NCBI GenBank assembly: GCA_951406725.2
Contig: OX597820.1
Coordinates: 113,956,001 to 114,020,000, forward strand
Length of the DNA: 64,000 bases
Direction of reading: 5' to 3'
Source of the DNA: Octopus vulgaris
Lineage: Eukaryota
In this document: positions 26,621-41,172 of the stretch, piece by piece
Layout: each line of letters begins with the position of its first letter
Position numbering within the stretch: the first letter of the stretch is position 1
Position numbers and translations under genes: made by a program
Notes under the pieces: generated by a model
Seen by the model: the letters and a program-made list of their open reading frames with translations, nothing else
What the model was told of the DNA's origin: nothing
Database searches by the model: none

Positions 26621-27640
26621 CAATGGATCAACCTTCTTAATCCAGAACTACCAGTTGGCTTCATCTGCGGCCTTACTTACAGACTAAATGGGTGTATTCA
26701 TTTCCACCACCCCTATTAAGCCTTGAGAGTAGTTTTTAGTCATATATTCTTCGTTGGCTGTTTACAATGAGAGGTAGGTTGTATGTGTAGATAATGATCA
26801 CACTAAAGTTTCAAATATTTTATTAACCCGCATCGTTGTATTTACAAATGTACATCCAATAAATGAATGGAACAACATTCAACAATCAACGGTGCAGAAT
26901 ATTCTGTAATGCAACTCATTGGATAATATTATGAAAGTAGTGCAAAGAATTTAAATTACTGCATATAATTGATATGTGTTATATACACTACAACCTAAGG
27001 CTGGTGCCTTTTGTCAAGCATGTATATAGATATAGGTATATATCAAGCATTTTGCATGAAAAAAGTAAAGGAAAGTAAGGGAGATACCAAGTCGTTGCAA
27101 CAAGTGACATAAATTCCATGAGATGGTTTAACGGCTATCTCGCCTGAAGTTGAATTTGACAGCTTTTATAGCTGTTAGCCTCTCTAGGATCTCTGACAAA
27201 ACTGTTTGGCGGGAAAACTCTATGTGTTACTTTGAAGTTTTGCATCTGTCGGCTGGTGCTGATTGATTAAATCATATTCACGAGGGTATTAATGCCTTTT
27301 ATGGTGACACGTTTCCTTTTATGGGGATGCATTACTTTGTTGTTATACCCTGGGAAAATCTGAGAGCTATGGTTCAAATTTCTATCGGATTCTCACTTTG
27401 TTGGTTGAGGACTTTGTAGAGTTAACGTCTTGCAAATCCTCTACAGTCTACTTGGTTTAGTGTTTTTCATTCTTTATCCTGGCTCTTCACCAGTTCCTGG
27501 TACTTCACATATTCACCTCTCCTTGGTTTCGTCATTATGGTCTTCCTAGGGTCAAGGCTCTCCACATTTATTTTTGCCATGGATGAGCACAGAAATTTGC
27601 TTCTATGCAAATTTTGTCTTTCTTAGCAAAATGTGAGTGC

Positions 27641-29611
27641 ATCTATGCGAATAACCATCTATGCGAATAACCATCTATGCGAGTAACCATCTATGCAAGT
27701 AACCATCTATGCAAGTAACCATCTATGCAAGTAACCATCTATGCAAGTAACCATCTATGCTAGTAACCATCTATGCGAATAACCATCTATGCGAATAACC
27801 ATATATGCGAATAACCATCTATGCTAGTAACCATCTATGCGAATAACCATCTATGCGAATAACCATCTATGCGAATAACCATCTATGCGAATAACCATCT
27901 ATGCTAGTAACCATCTATGCTAGTAACCATCTATGCAAGTAACCATCTATGCGAATAACCATCTATGCAAGTAACCATCTATGCGAATAACCATCTATGC
28001 GAATAACCATCTATGCGAATAACCATCTATGCATGTAACCATCTATGCGAGTAACCATCTATGCATGTAACCATCTATGCGAATAACCATCTATGCATGT
28101 AACCATCTATGCGAGTAACCATCTATGCGAATAACCATCTATGCTAGTAACCATCTATGCATGTAACCATCTATGCGAATAACCATCTATGCATGTAACC
28201 ATCTATGCGAATAACCATCTATGCGAATAACCATCTATGCATGTAACCATCTATGCGAATAACCATCTATGCATGTAACCATCTATGCGAATAACCATCT
28301 ATGCATGTAACCATCTATGCGAGTAACCATCTATGCGAATAACCATCTATGCGAATAACCATCTATGCATGTAACCATCTATGCGAGTAACCATCTATGC
28401 ATGTAACCATCTATGCGAGTAACCATCTATGCGAATAACCATCTATGCATGTAACCATCTATGCGAATAACCATCTATGCATGTAACCATCTATGCGAGT
28501 AACCATCTATGCGAATAACCATCTATGCATGTAACCATCTATGCGAATAACCATCTATGCATGTAACCATCTATGCGAATAACCATCTATGCATGTAACC
28601 ATCTATGCTAGTAACCATCTATGCAAGTAACCATCTATGGAAGTAACCATCTATGCTAGTAACCATCTATGCGAATAACCATATATGCTAGTAACCATCT
28701 ATGCAAGTAACCATCTATGGAAGTAACCATCTATGCTAGTAACCATCTATGCGAATAACCATCTATGCAAGTAACCATCTATGCAAGTAACCATCTATGC
28801 AAGTAACCATCTATGCTAGTAACCATCTATGCGAATAACCATATATGCTAGTAACCATCTATGCAAGTAACCATCTATGGAAGTAACCATATATGCTAGT
28901 AACCATCTATGCGAATAACCATCTATGCTAGTAACCATCTATGCAAGTAACCATCTATGGAAGTAACCATATATGCTAGTAACCATCTATGCGAATAACC
29001 ATATATGCTAGTAACCATCTATGCAAGTAACCATCTATGGAAGTAACCATCTATGCGAGTAACCATCTATGCAAGTAACCATCTATGCAAGTAACCATCT
29101 ATGCAAGTAACCATCTATGCAAGTAACCATCTATGCAAGTAACCATCTATGCGAATAACCATATATGCTAGTAACCATCTATGCAAGTAACCATCTATGG
29201 AAGTAACCATATATGCTAGTAACCATCTATGCGAATAACCATATATGCTAGTAACCATCTATGCAAGTAACCATCTATGGAAGTAACCATATATGCTAGT
29301 AACCATCTATGCGAATAACCATATATGCTAGTAACCATCTATGCAAGTAACCATCTATGGAAGTAACCATATATGCTAGTAACCATCTATGCGAATAACC
29401 ATCTATGCGAGTAACCATCTATGGAAGTAACCATCTATGCTAGTAACCATCTATGCGAATAACCATCTATGCGAGTAACCATCTATGGAAGTAACCATAT
29501 ATGCTAGTAACCATCTATGCGAATAACCATCTATGCGAATAACCATCTATGCAAGTAACCATCTATGCAAGTAACCATCTATGCAAGTAACCATCTATGC
29601 TAGTAACCATC
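27641..29611. repeat. 16-bp minisatellite (TAACCATCTATGC+NNN), about 123 units
   Basis: Constant 13-mer plus a variable slot GAA/GAG/AAG/TAG/ATG. Confidence 0.98.
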
Positions 29612-29825
29612 ACCCAAATTTGGATTTTATCTTGAAAACTTAGTATTCTGTATATGCACACTTTTTCCTTTTTGCGAGCTTATTGTAAACCGTGTTTGCG
29701 TGCACAAGCGCACAGCTAAGAAAGGAAAACTAGCGAGGGCGTGTAATTTCCAGCATGATCATTTGTTTTGCTGTGTAGTGTAGCCAGGTGATATCCTCAC
29801 TGTTTGAGAGATATATTAGAAATGA

Positions 29826-29862
<37 letters not shown>

Positions 29863-30376
29863 TCACATGTATACAGACGTGTGTATGTATGTATGTATGT
29901 ATCTATCTATCGGGGGTATCTCTTAAAAGATTTAGGAATGTAATATTTCTATCTTTATATATATATATATATATACACTCACATGTATACAGACGTGTGC
30001 GTGTGTGTGGTTGTGTATCTGTGCTTGTTTTCAGCCTCCCGCTTGACAACCGGTGCTGCTTTGTTTACGTCCTATAGACATAGTGGTTCGGCATCATACA
30101 CCAATAGAACAAGTACCAGACTTTAAAAAACAATAATAAATACCGGGGGCAATTTGTTCGACTAGATTCTTTAAGGATTCCCAGTAATGGCCGCAATCCA
30201 ATGACTGACACAAGTAAATGAAAAAAGATATAACATGAAAGAAAATAAGAGAAAGCGTGGTGAACGAAAGAAAATAGAGAGATAGGAAATAAGAAAAACT
30301 GGAGAGAAAACTACAATAGATTTTGTATTGTTATACTCGGGGATGGTCATATTTTGCTACATAAACACACGTACTT

Positions 30377-30548
30377 AGGCGCAGGAGTGGCTGTGTGGTA
30401 AGTAGCTTGTTTACCAACCACATGGTTCCGGGTTCAGTCCCACTGCGTGGCACCTTCGGCAAGTGTCTTCTACTATAGCCTCGGGCCGACCAAAACCTTG
30501 TGAGTGGATTTGGTAGACGGAAACTGAAAGAAGCCCGTCGTATATATG

Positions 30549-30585
<37 letters not shown>

Positions 30586-30812
30586 TTGTGTGTCCGTGTT
30601 TGTCCCCCTAGCATTGCTTGACAACCGATGCTGGTGTGTTTATGTCCCCGTCACTTAGCGGTTCGGCAAAAGAGACCGATAGAATAAGTACTGGGCTTAC
30701 AAAGAATAAGTGCCGGGGTCGAGTTGCTCGATTAAAGGCGGTGCTCCAGCATGGCCGCAGTCAAATGACTGAAACAAGTAAAAGAGTAAAAGAGTAAAAG
30801 AGAAAGAGTAAA
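30377..30812 (+). mobile_element. SINE family A, young full-length copy
   Basis: Complete head through (AAAAGAGT)n tail. Confidence 0.93.
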
Positions 30813-30851
30813 GACTACTTGGTCTTCACTTTATTATTATTATTTTAATGT

Positions 30852-31817
30852 AGACCGAGAAAGGGCGTTTGGCACCTCGAGTGCCGTCAAGCTCTCACTG
30901 CTCTCTGCCAAGTGGGCATTGCGATCGGTAGTAGTTCCACTCTATCATTCTATAGAGGGTTAATGCAGGAAAAGTGTGACGACGTTCTCGAGGAAACTCT
31001 AGGCGTCGACAATAATCAGCTAAACAGTCTGTTTGGAAGAACTTTCGAGCCGGGGCCCATGGATAACTTCCAAAGGTCCCTCGCCTGGCAGTGCTACCGA
31101 GGGGCACTGCCTGTTCGAGATAAACTCTACCGGCACGGAAGTGCCGTCAGCCGCGCCTGCCCGAGCTGTGCTCAGAGCGACAAAACCGTTCTGCATGCAT
31201 TCGTCCGGTGCCCGAGTATTGCTGACCTATGGGTTTATGTCGAACAGCTACTGTCACGCGTAGGATGGATCCGGCTATCAGCTGAATCCATAGTGAAGAT
31301 TGTCCTGCTGACCTCCTTTAACCTGGAGGGCAAGGCAATTTTCCTTCGTCTGGTGGCTATAGCAAAAGAGGTGGTATGGTGGACCCATTTGAAGGGCTAA
31401 AGTCAGACACTTTCCTTTTTGGCCAAAGCCTCATCCACTTGAAAAGGAAGGTGAGAGTAGAGAGAGAAGTGCTGTCTCATAGCAAATTTATTGAAAGGTG
31501 GGTGAATGTCGATAAAATGGCCAGTATGAACGGACCAATTCCGAGGTTACACCTGTAAAAAAAAATGTAATATAAAAGAAGGGGCTCTCTCCCCGTTTTG
31601 ACCAGGCTCCCGTGGCTTTTATGGGTTTTCCACGAGCAACCTTTCAAAGCGCCTCCCCCTCTTGGGAGTTTTACTTGTTATATTTTTCGCTGTCATTTTA
31701 ATATTTACACGGACCATTCTTTTTCGTAAAACTCTTTGTACTTTTCGTCCTGTGTCCTTACATGTTTTTGATTTATATTAGCCCTTGTGGCTAATAAAAC
31801 CAGAATTATTATTATTA
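30852..31817 (+). mobile_element. L1/Tx1-like LINE 3' fragment with RT-associated zinc finger
   Basis: ORF 30912-31400 contains WQCYRGALPVRDKL..CPSC..TVLHAFVRC..LW (CCHC); ends with AATAAA and (ATT)n. Confidence 0.8.
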
Positions 31818-32117
31818 CTAGCACTATGACCCAGCAACGCCGGGTCATAGTGCTAGTGCATGCATATACAGCTGAATGCGTGCGCACATCAAGTTTCAGG
31901 CATTTTGATAGGGTTTCGGATAGAAAATTCACAAAAAAGTGACTTCTATTGATTTTTTTAATGGCTTTGCGGGGTGACTGGGGAAATGTAAAGATGTGCA
32001 CGACCACCCTTGGACAGTTTTGAATGACCATAGAAAGTGCGAGCCCTCTAACTGAAAATTTTTGGATTTGTATAAAGGACACACACACAGACATTTTGTC
32101 GTTTATATATATAGAGA
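31818..32117 (-). mobile_element. Helitron family H2 (internally deleted)
   Basis: Same termini as the 22974 copy. Confidence 0.85.
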
Positions 32118-32130
32118 TTTTAGTGTCTTT

Positions 32131-32173
32131 GTCTAAGCTCTTTCGTCACACGTCCTGTGACGTCATCAGCGAC
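32131..32173 (-). ncRNA. Hammerhead-like motif (C3-G8 core), with an inverted decayed partner at 32240-32283
   Basis: Minus strand gtcg-CTGATGA-c-gtcac-aggacgt-gtgac-GAAA-gagctta-gac; stem I is imperfect. Confidence 0.55.
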
Positions 32174-32709
32174 TTTGTATCCCACGTGTCTGCTCTTGTT
32201 CTGTTTATAAACAAATCAAGAGGGGACACGTAGTATAGAGTCACTGATGTGGTCACAGGACGAGTGGGAAAGAACTTAGATAAAGACAACAACAAAAATA
32301 GTAATAAAACTGCAGTGAAGACCAAGTGCGGTGTTTATTTGGCAAAATAAATCATACCCTTATATAACAATATCTGTTTCAACACACGATGTCACACCAG
32401 GAATGTTGCAAAACAAATACATAAACGTGCCTACTATAGGTTTAATTGGAATAAAATGAGTTGAATTTCGTTGGCAGACGCCCATTGTGGGCATAGTTAA
32501 TATTGAGCTTCACGGTTCACTAGAAAAAGGAGAAAAAAGAAAAGAATTAATGCATGAAAGTAAAATTAAAGTAAAAGGAAGACTATATTAATAGTAACTG
32601 ATACAAAGAGACGATAATGCAAAGTGGAAAAAAAAAAGAAAGGAAGAGGTTTTATGGAATTACACAGAAAGATGAACTGGAGGTGCGTAGCTTAAGGGTT
32701 TGGGTAAAG

Positions 32710-32955
32710 GTAAGGTTACCTTCTCGAGTCATGCTGACACACAAGGGTCGGTTTCCCGGTTTCCATGGCGTATAAATTTCCCACCTGGACGGGAGGCCGG
32801 TCCGTCGCAGGATTACGACGATTTTGCGAGTTGAGTAAACTGAAGCAAAGTGGGATAAAGTGTTTTGCTTAGGAACACAACGCGTCCCCTGGTCCAAACC
32901 CCCATCTTACGATCATGAGTCCAGCACCCTAACCTCTAAGCCACGCGCCTCCACA
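32710..32955 (-). mobile_element. SINE family C relative
   Basis: Reverse complement of the central segment and tail of 11572. Confidence 0.75.
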
Positions 32956-33165
32956 ACGATTTGGGTGTTGAACCCATAATCGTATGATTGTGATTTAAAT
33001 TCCAGTTCTGGCAAAAATGAGTATTCCTACAACGGTCCGGCATCCTGTCCAATATATGTGTGTGTGTGTGTGTGGGGGGGGGTATCTACACCACAGAAAC
33101 CGGGAAACCAGCCTATGAGTTCTACCTTCGAAAAGGACGAGCTGTAGGGTTAAATAAAATATATA

Positions 33166-33510
33166 GGCATGAGCGTGATCGCATGGTTAAAAGCTTGCTT
33201 CCCAACAATGTGGCCTTGGGTTCAATCCCACAGCGCAGGACTTTGGCATGTATCTTCTGCTTTAGCCTCGGGCCGACCAAAGCCTTGTATGTGTCCTTGT
33301 GTTGTATTTGTCCCCGCCACCGCTTGACAATTGGTGTATCTATATCTCGGTAACTTAACGGTTCAGTAAAGAAAAAAAAAGAAGAAAAAACTGATAGAAT
33401 AAGTACCAGACTAAAAAAATAAGTACTTCACGTACTTATTTGACAAAATTCTTCGAGATAGTGTCCCAGCATGGCCGCAGTCAAAAGGACTGAACAAGTA
33501 AGAGATAAAA
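33166..33510 (+). mobile_element. Diverged SINE family A
   Basis: Head and tail similarity to other family A copies. Confidence 0.75.
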
Positions 33511-34515
33511 TATCAAAGGAAAAGAGGATATTGGAACTATACAAACGAGAAGAGAATGAATTCGGATAGTTCGTGTAAGAGTAGAATAGAGAGAGTAGAT
33601 AAAGTGATGGGGGGGGTAACTACATATGTAAGAAGAGAGTGAAATAGTGAGGCGGAGAGAGATAAAGAGTAAAGAGAGAGTAGAGAAATGGAGTGTAAAT
33701 AGAGGAGAGAGGTAAAGATTAAATAGAGAGGGGGAAAGAATTTGGATATTTACACAAGATAGGGGGGAAAGTAAGAGAAAATGGAAAAGCAACAGATTAT
33801 AGAGTAGTGGGAGTATAAGCCAGAAGGTGGGTGTTCACGCTACTATGTAGAAGTGGGAGTATAGCAAAAAGGGTGGTAGTCTGAGTAGATAAATAAAAGA
33901 GAAAATAATCTACAGTGCGTCAGCATTGAGGGAGGGAAAGTGGGGGAGTAATGAAAGTGAGTAGAAGAGATAGAGAGAGTGAAGAAAGAGAGGAGAGAAA
34001 AGTGAGAGAGAGTGAGAGAGGAGAGACAACGAGAGAGAGGAGACAAACATAGAGAGGAGAAACAAAGATATACAGAGAGAGTGGTATATGTGTGTGTGTG
34101 TGTATATGTATATATGTATGTATGTATATATATATGGTAGTATGTACTCTGTAAGGTCGAGTTTAGCTTCTCACCTTATTTAGATCACTTAAAACGTACT
34201 GCGGATACAGAAGGGGTGTGTGTGTGTATACACACTTGAATATCGCGACCATAACAATAACAACAATTGTTACTACTGCTGTGGCTACTTACTACTTTAT
34301 AAAAAAGGTATTTCGTAATGTTTTCCATTTTTTTCTTGATTTCTTTCCAGGAGACATTATGAAAACCAGAAACACATATACACACATTCGTAACTGTGTC
34401 AAGTATGTATTTATCTCACACACACACTTATATAAAACTCCATATTTTGAAAATATATATACCATGCATCGTATTTTTCTGCCTGTTACCCTTTTTAATA
34501 CACATCATACACATA

Positions 34516-34550
<35 letters not shown>

Positions 34551-34884
34551 ATGGGTGTATGTGTATGTGTGCGTGCGTGCATTTATGTAATCGTGTATGT
34601 GGGGTGTATGACTGACTGTGCGCACGCGCGCGCGCGTGTGTGCGTCTCCGTGTCTGTGTGTGCGTGCGCGTGTGGGTGTGTGTGTAACGGTGTATGTGAC
34701 TGCGTGTGTATGTGACTGCGTGTGTATGTGATCGTATGTCTGTGTATATTATAAATATGTCAGACATAACCTTATCATTTGGATTATTACATTCCCACAC
34801 ATTGTATATACGTGTGAATGTGTGTGTGTGCGTATATATATATATATATATGAGTGTGTTTGCATTTATGTGTGGACATATATA

Positions 34885-35103
34885 TTTCTTTACTACCCAC
34901 AAGGGGACAAACAAGGACAGACAAACGAATTAAGTCGATTATATCGACCCCAGTGCGTAACTAGTACTTAATTTATCGACCCCGAAAGGATGAAAGGCAA
35001 AGTCGACCTCGGTGGAATTTGAACTCAGAACGTAACGGCAGACGAAAAATATGGCTACGCATTTCGTCCGGCGTGCTAACGGTTCTGCCAGCTCGTCGCC
35101 TTA
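34885..35103 (-). mobile_element. SINE family B
   Basis: Closely matches the 14997 copy. Confidence 0.9.
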
Positions 35104-35488
35104 TATATGTGGATATATATGTATATATGTGCGTGCGTGTGTGCGTAAAATTGTCACGTTTGCTCATAACAAAGTGTTTGAAAAAGGGAATGTGTACATT
35201 TAGACAGGAAGTCTAAATCTTTGTCACACTGCTTCTGTTTCTCCCTATCTCTACTCAATTCACTTCCACCCAGCCATTCCCCTCCCTCTTCTTCCCCTCT
35301 CTCCCTTCTCTCCATCCCTTCTTCCTTTCCCCATTCCCTCTCTCCTTTCTGTCCTTCCCTCCCTCTCTCTCTCTCTCTCGTGTCTTATACTTTACCTGTC
35401 TATTTCCCCTTGTTTCTTTTTTTAGTGTTTTGCCCTCCCCCCACTCTTACTGTGTTTCCTCTTTATTACATGTGCATGTTTGTATGTA

Positions 35489-35528
<40 letters not shown>

Positions 35529-35743
35529 TTAGTACGACCAGGGATCCCAGTGTAGGAATTTAGTAAGCTTTCGAGCGTGTTTGCAGTCAGTAAAGATGTC
35601 AAAAGGTGGACAAAATACGATAAAACGAGTTTATTAACATTGTGAGTTACCTGGTCCCATGTTGAAATCAAAAGAAATTTCGATAAGTTGAGTCACCACA
35701 CAACTCACGATCAAGCAAGTAAAGTAGCTAAAAATTTGTATGC

Positions 35744-35792
<49 letters not shown>

Positions 35793-35916
35793 TATATAAA
35801 CTTGAAAAACAACAAAACATACTGGCGGTGGCACTACATAAAGTACAATGAAACTTGTTACTTTCAATGGGACATCTGGTTTCGTTCTTAACTAGTTAAG
35901 GGATAAACTCCTTCTG

Positions 35917-36167
35917 GGTACTACTTAAGAAGAGTGGTCCCGGTGCGCGCACTCGCGTGCTCGCGCATCCGCGCTAGCTAGTCGTGACTAGTCGATCCTA
36001 CAACGACTACCTAGCAAAGTAAATAAAACACAAAATAAATAAAAATTTTTACACAAAGTAAATAAAATACAAAAACACAAAGTAAGGATCGACTAGTCAC
36101 GCCTAGCTAGCGCAGATGCGTGAGTACGTGAGTGCGCGCACCGGGACCACTCTTCTTAAGTAGTACC
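35917..36167. mobile_element. MITE with ~84-bp GC-rich TIRs, GGTAC termini and 9-bp TSD (Merlin- or MULE-like)
   Basis: TSD ctccttctg at 35908-35916 and 36168-36176. Confidence 0.88.
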
Positions 36168-36179
36168 CTCCTTCTGTAC

Positions 36180-37687
<1,508 letters not shown>

Positions 37688-37949
37688 CAAAATTAGAAAA
37701 TGGAGATACATACTTAAATCAATCAAACATCAACCATCAGATAATACCCAATCAATACTTTATTACACCATTGCATAACAGCAAAGGCATTATACAAAAT
37801 ATATTGTAAATATAATTAGACAAGGAAATAGAAATATAAAATATAAAATATAATATATAATTATATCATAGCGGCCAAAATGTTCAGAACGGCATTGTTT
37901 TCGTCAGAAAAGTAGGTACAATTTTTTATCAAAGTTGTTTTATATTCTA

Positions 37950-39448
37950 CTAGCAGAATTGCCCGGCGTTGCTCGGGGCTGAATTGCTTGAAAGTACTGT
38001 TAATGATTGCACTGAATTATGATGATTATTCAGGCAAATATTGAAATAAGCTTACGGTGGGAGATAAGGACTTAACGCCAAACGTGTGCCATTGCATTGT
38101 TTTGGGGGAACCAAATTTCTGATGAGCATTATAGGGGCACTAACTTTAAGTTTGAGAAAGTGTGGTGGTAGTCCGGGGTGCTCAAAGGAATTGAGTACCT
38201 CTATTGGATAGTTGATGACGTCCTCTGGGTCAGGAGTTGTATCGATAGACTGATATACATCGACTTCCCCAGGAATGAGTTTTAGCATTTCATCATTAAT
38301 ATGGTGAACAGTTTTATTCCTCGGGGCCAGTATAGCCTTTTTGCCAATCCAATCCATATTCTGATAATTAGCTTGTAAATCTGGGAACACTGCATCTCTG
38401 AGATCAGAAGGCGTCTTAACAATGGTACAAATGGAATCGATGGCAATATTACCATTTTCATCCCCTGGTATTTTGCCTTCGCCAAGTGCAAGGAGGGTGT
38501 GAGAAAATACTGGTGATGTGATATTACGTCGCATATGAGCACGCATATTGGTGTGAAGTTTGAGAGTTACTTCCGTTTATTTTTAAAAATATGCATTAAA
38601 ATGGAAAAAAATGATGGTAAATTATTTGTAAAATCATAGACTCATCGTAGACGCGCGCTAATACCCAGAAGGGCTCGATATGAATCACGACTATAAGATA
38701 CCCGGTTTTGGTTAAACTGCATCGCAAAATGTGGGAGTAGTTAGGAATCTAAATCGGAGTAGACAGACACACAACCTTTCTTTTATATATAAATACATAC
38801 ATACACACACACACATACATACACACACACACACACACACATATACATGCATACATACATATACACATAAACCGAGTAAAAAATTTCAGTTATCTCTCTC
38901 TTTCACACATTACTCTCTCTGTCTCTTCACACACACTAACAGAAGCACTTCACTTACACAACATACTGTCTGTCTCCCACACTCCATCAAACACACACAC
39001 ATGTACATCAATGAGTCCTATGCACGGTAACTTCAAAGGAACTTCCCTCGTCATACAATCGCTTTCTCTTAGTCTCTTTCGCTCTCATTACTTATGTAAA
39101 AAAATAAAAGTTTTTTCTATGTGTGTAAAGCGGAAGTGGGAGGCAGAGTGAAAGAATCACTCACTACAGTAAGTGAATTACTTTCATTTTATTCCTTGCC
39201 CACTGTGTGTGTGCGTTTGCGTGTGGTGTAAACCAGACTAAGAAAAGCATTTGACACACACACCAGAATGTGAGTTTTCTGTAAATTTTGCTTAATTGGA
39301 GTTTAAATTTTAAAAACTGGACCTGGCATGACGCGATGCATTGTACTCTTAAAACTGCTAGGTAAATTGTAATTGAAGAAATCCTATATTGTAGATTTGT
39401 ATAACTCCCAAAGGGAGGCAGATAAAATCTGCCTTTTATAATAAGAGA
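37950..39448 (-). mobile_element. Composite Helitron carrying a helicase fragment
   Basis: Inserted exactly between A and T of the Tc1 TIR (tattcta|taatttt); CTAG plus hairpin end; second H1-type 5' end near 38790. Confidence 0.85.
38052..38560 (-). pseudogene. Helitron PIF1-like helicase fragment
   Basis: AILAPRNKTVHHIN..YQSIDT..YPIEVLNSF..GLPPHFLKLKVSAPIMLIRNL..CNGTRL. Confidence 0.9.
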
Positions 39449-39634
39449 TAATTTTCACAGACAATAAATAGGATATGAATTGTTATTGTCTGAGATTTCG
39501 GTGTAATTTGAGAGGATAATACAAAACTTATGGATGATTTAGTGATTTACTGCAAAACCCATGGCGGCCAAAATGATCAGAACGGTTGAAAATATAACAA
39601 AATAATAAAAAATGACAGAGAATACTGGAATTAT

Positions 39635-40650
39635 TTAATATTTAGTGTGAAGCCCTTTAGCTTCAATCATACTTTGACATCTTCGACTGCATGAGGAAAT
39701 TAAATTTTAAATTTCTTGCTGGGTGATCTTATTCCATTCTTCTTGAAGGGCATTTCATAATTCCTCGGTTGTTTTAGGATTTCTAGCTTTCGAACGTTCT
39801 CCTAGAACATTTCACACATTTTCAATAGGATTGAGATCTGGGCTTTGGGCAGGCCAATCCATAACAATAACCTTTTCAGCCTTGAGGAAGTTCATGACCA
39901 CCTTAGCCTTGTGACATGGGGCATTGTCCTGCATGAATATGGGTGGTCGCTTAGTTGAATTTCTCAGCACAGACAAGGCATGATCTTTTTACAAGTTGTT
40001 TATAAACTCCTGCATTTACCTTTCCATGTAATTGCACCAAAGGGCCCCACACCATTTCCAGATATCATCCCCCAAACTATGACACTTCCTCCACCGAATT
40101 TAACACTAGTCTTAAAGCATTTAGGCGACAACTTTTCACCTACTTTCGACGAACCTTTTCCCATCTGAGCCAAATAACATAAACTTAGATTCATCACTGA
40201 AATGCACCGTTTGTCATTTTTCATGAGACCACAACACATGTTCGGTTGCAAAGGTAAGATGACACTTTTTATTCTTGGAGCTGATCAGTGGCTTCACTGC
40301 AGGTGCTCTTGCTTGTAGGCCATGTTCAACTAAACGACGTGACACAGTTTTTCGAGATAAAGTTTTCTTCAGTACAATGCTCATTTCCCGAGAAACAGCA
40401 GCAGCAGTTTTAAATCTGTCCTTTTTAACCAATTTTACCATAGCACGATCTTCTCTCTTGGTCGTTTTCTTGGCCTACCTGTAGACTTTCTTGCTTCACA
40501 CGAACCACAATCATCGTAGACCTTAAGAATACCGTGAACAACACTATTTGACTTGTTAACAATCGTTGCAATAGACCCAATACTTAAATTATCCTTCTTT
40601 CGAAGCTTAATAATCTGCTGACGAATTGGTAACGGAGTAAGTGGCATTAT
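39635..40650 (-). pseudogene. Frameshifted Tc1 (DD34E-type) transposase
   Basis: GRPRK, VKFGGGSVIVWG, FMQDNAPCH and WPAQSPDLNPIE motifs on the minus strand. Confidence 0.92.
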
Positions 40651-40990
40651 ATTAACAAAGTACACTGCAAATATTCTTACTAATGTTTAGTAAACGAACC
40701 GTCACTTAAACAAATTCAAAACATTAGAGTTCGCCGGTTAAATATACTAAAACACGGAGTAAAAGCAACCGTTCTGATCATTTTGGCCGCCAGGGGGTTT
40801 TGCAGTAAATCACTAAATCATACATAGCTTTTGTATTATCCTCTCAAATTACACCAAAACCTCAGACAATAACAAATGATATCGTATTTATTGTCTGTGG
40901 AAATTATAGAATATAAAACAACTTTGATAAAAACTTATACCTACTTTTCTGACGAAAACAATGCCGTTCTGAACATTTTGGCCGCAACTG

Positions 40991-41053
<63 letters not shown>

Positions 41054-41172
41054 ATATATGTATGTATGTATGTATATATATGTATGTATGTATGTATATA
41101 TATGTATGTATATATGTATAAATATATATTTATGTATGTATATATGTGTATATATATATATATATGTATATA

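Larger units (their letters stand above)
37866..40990 (-). mobile_element. Tc1 transposon with long IR/DR-type TIRs; left TIR split by a Helitron
   Basis: ~230-bp TIRs, each with outer and inner gcggccaaaatg(t/a)tcagaacgg repeats; TA at the right end. Confidence 0.92.

Noticed and set aside
26650-27640. Penelope RT remnant on the minus strand (also a GIY-YIG-like remnant at about 21040-21540)
   Set aside because: Only faint motif echoes; needs a translated profile search.
27641-29611. CRISPR array
   Set aside because: The variable part is only 3 nt drawn from five recurring variants, there are no unique spacers or cas genes, and the context is eukaryotic.
30377-30450. tRNA genes at SINE heads
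   Set aside because: A/B boxes are present but there is no complete cloverleaf, and they continue into repeated SINE bodies.
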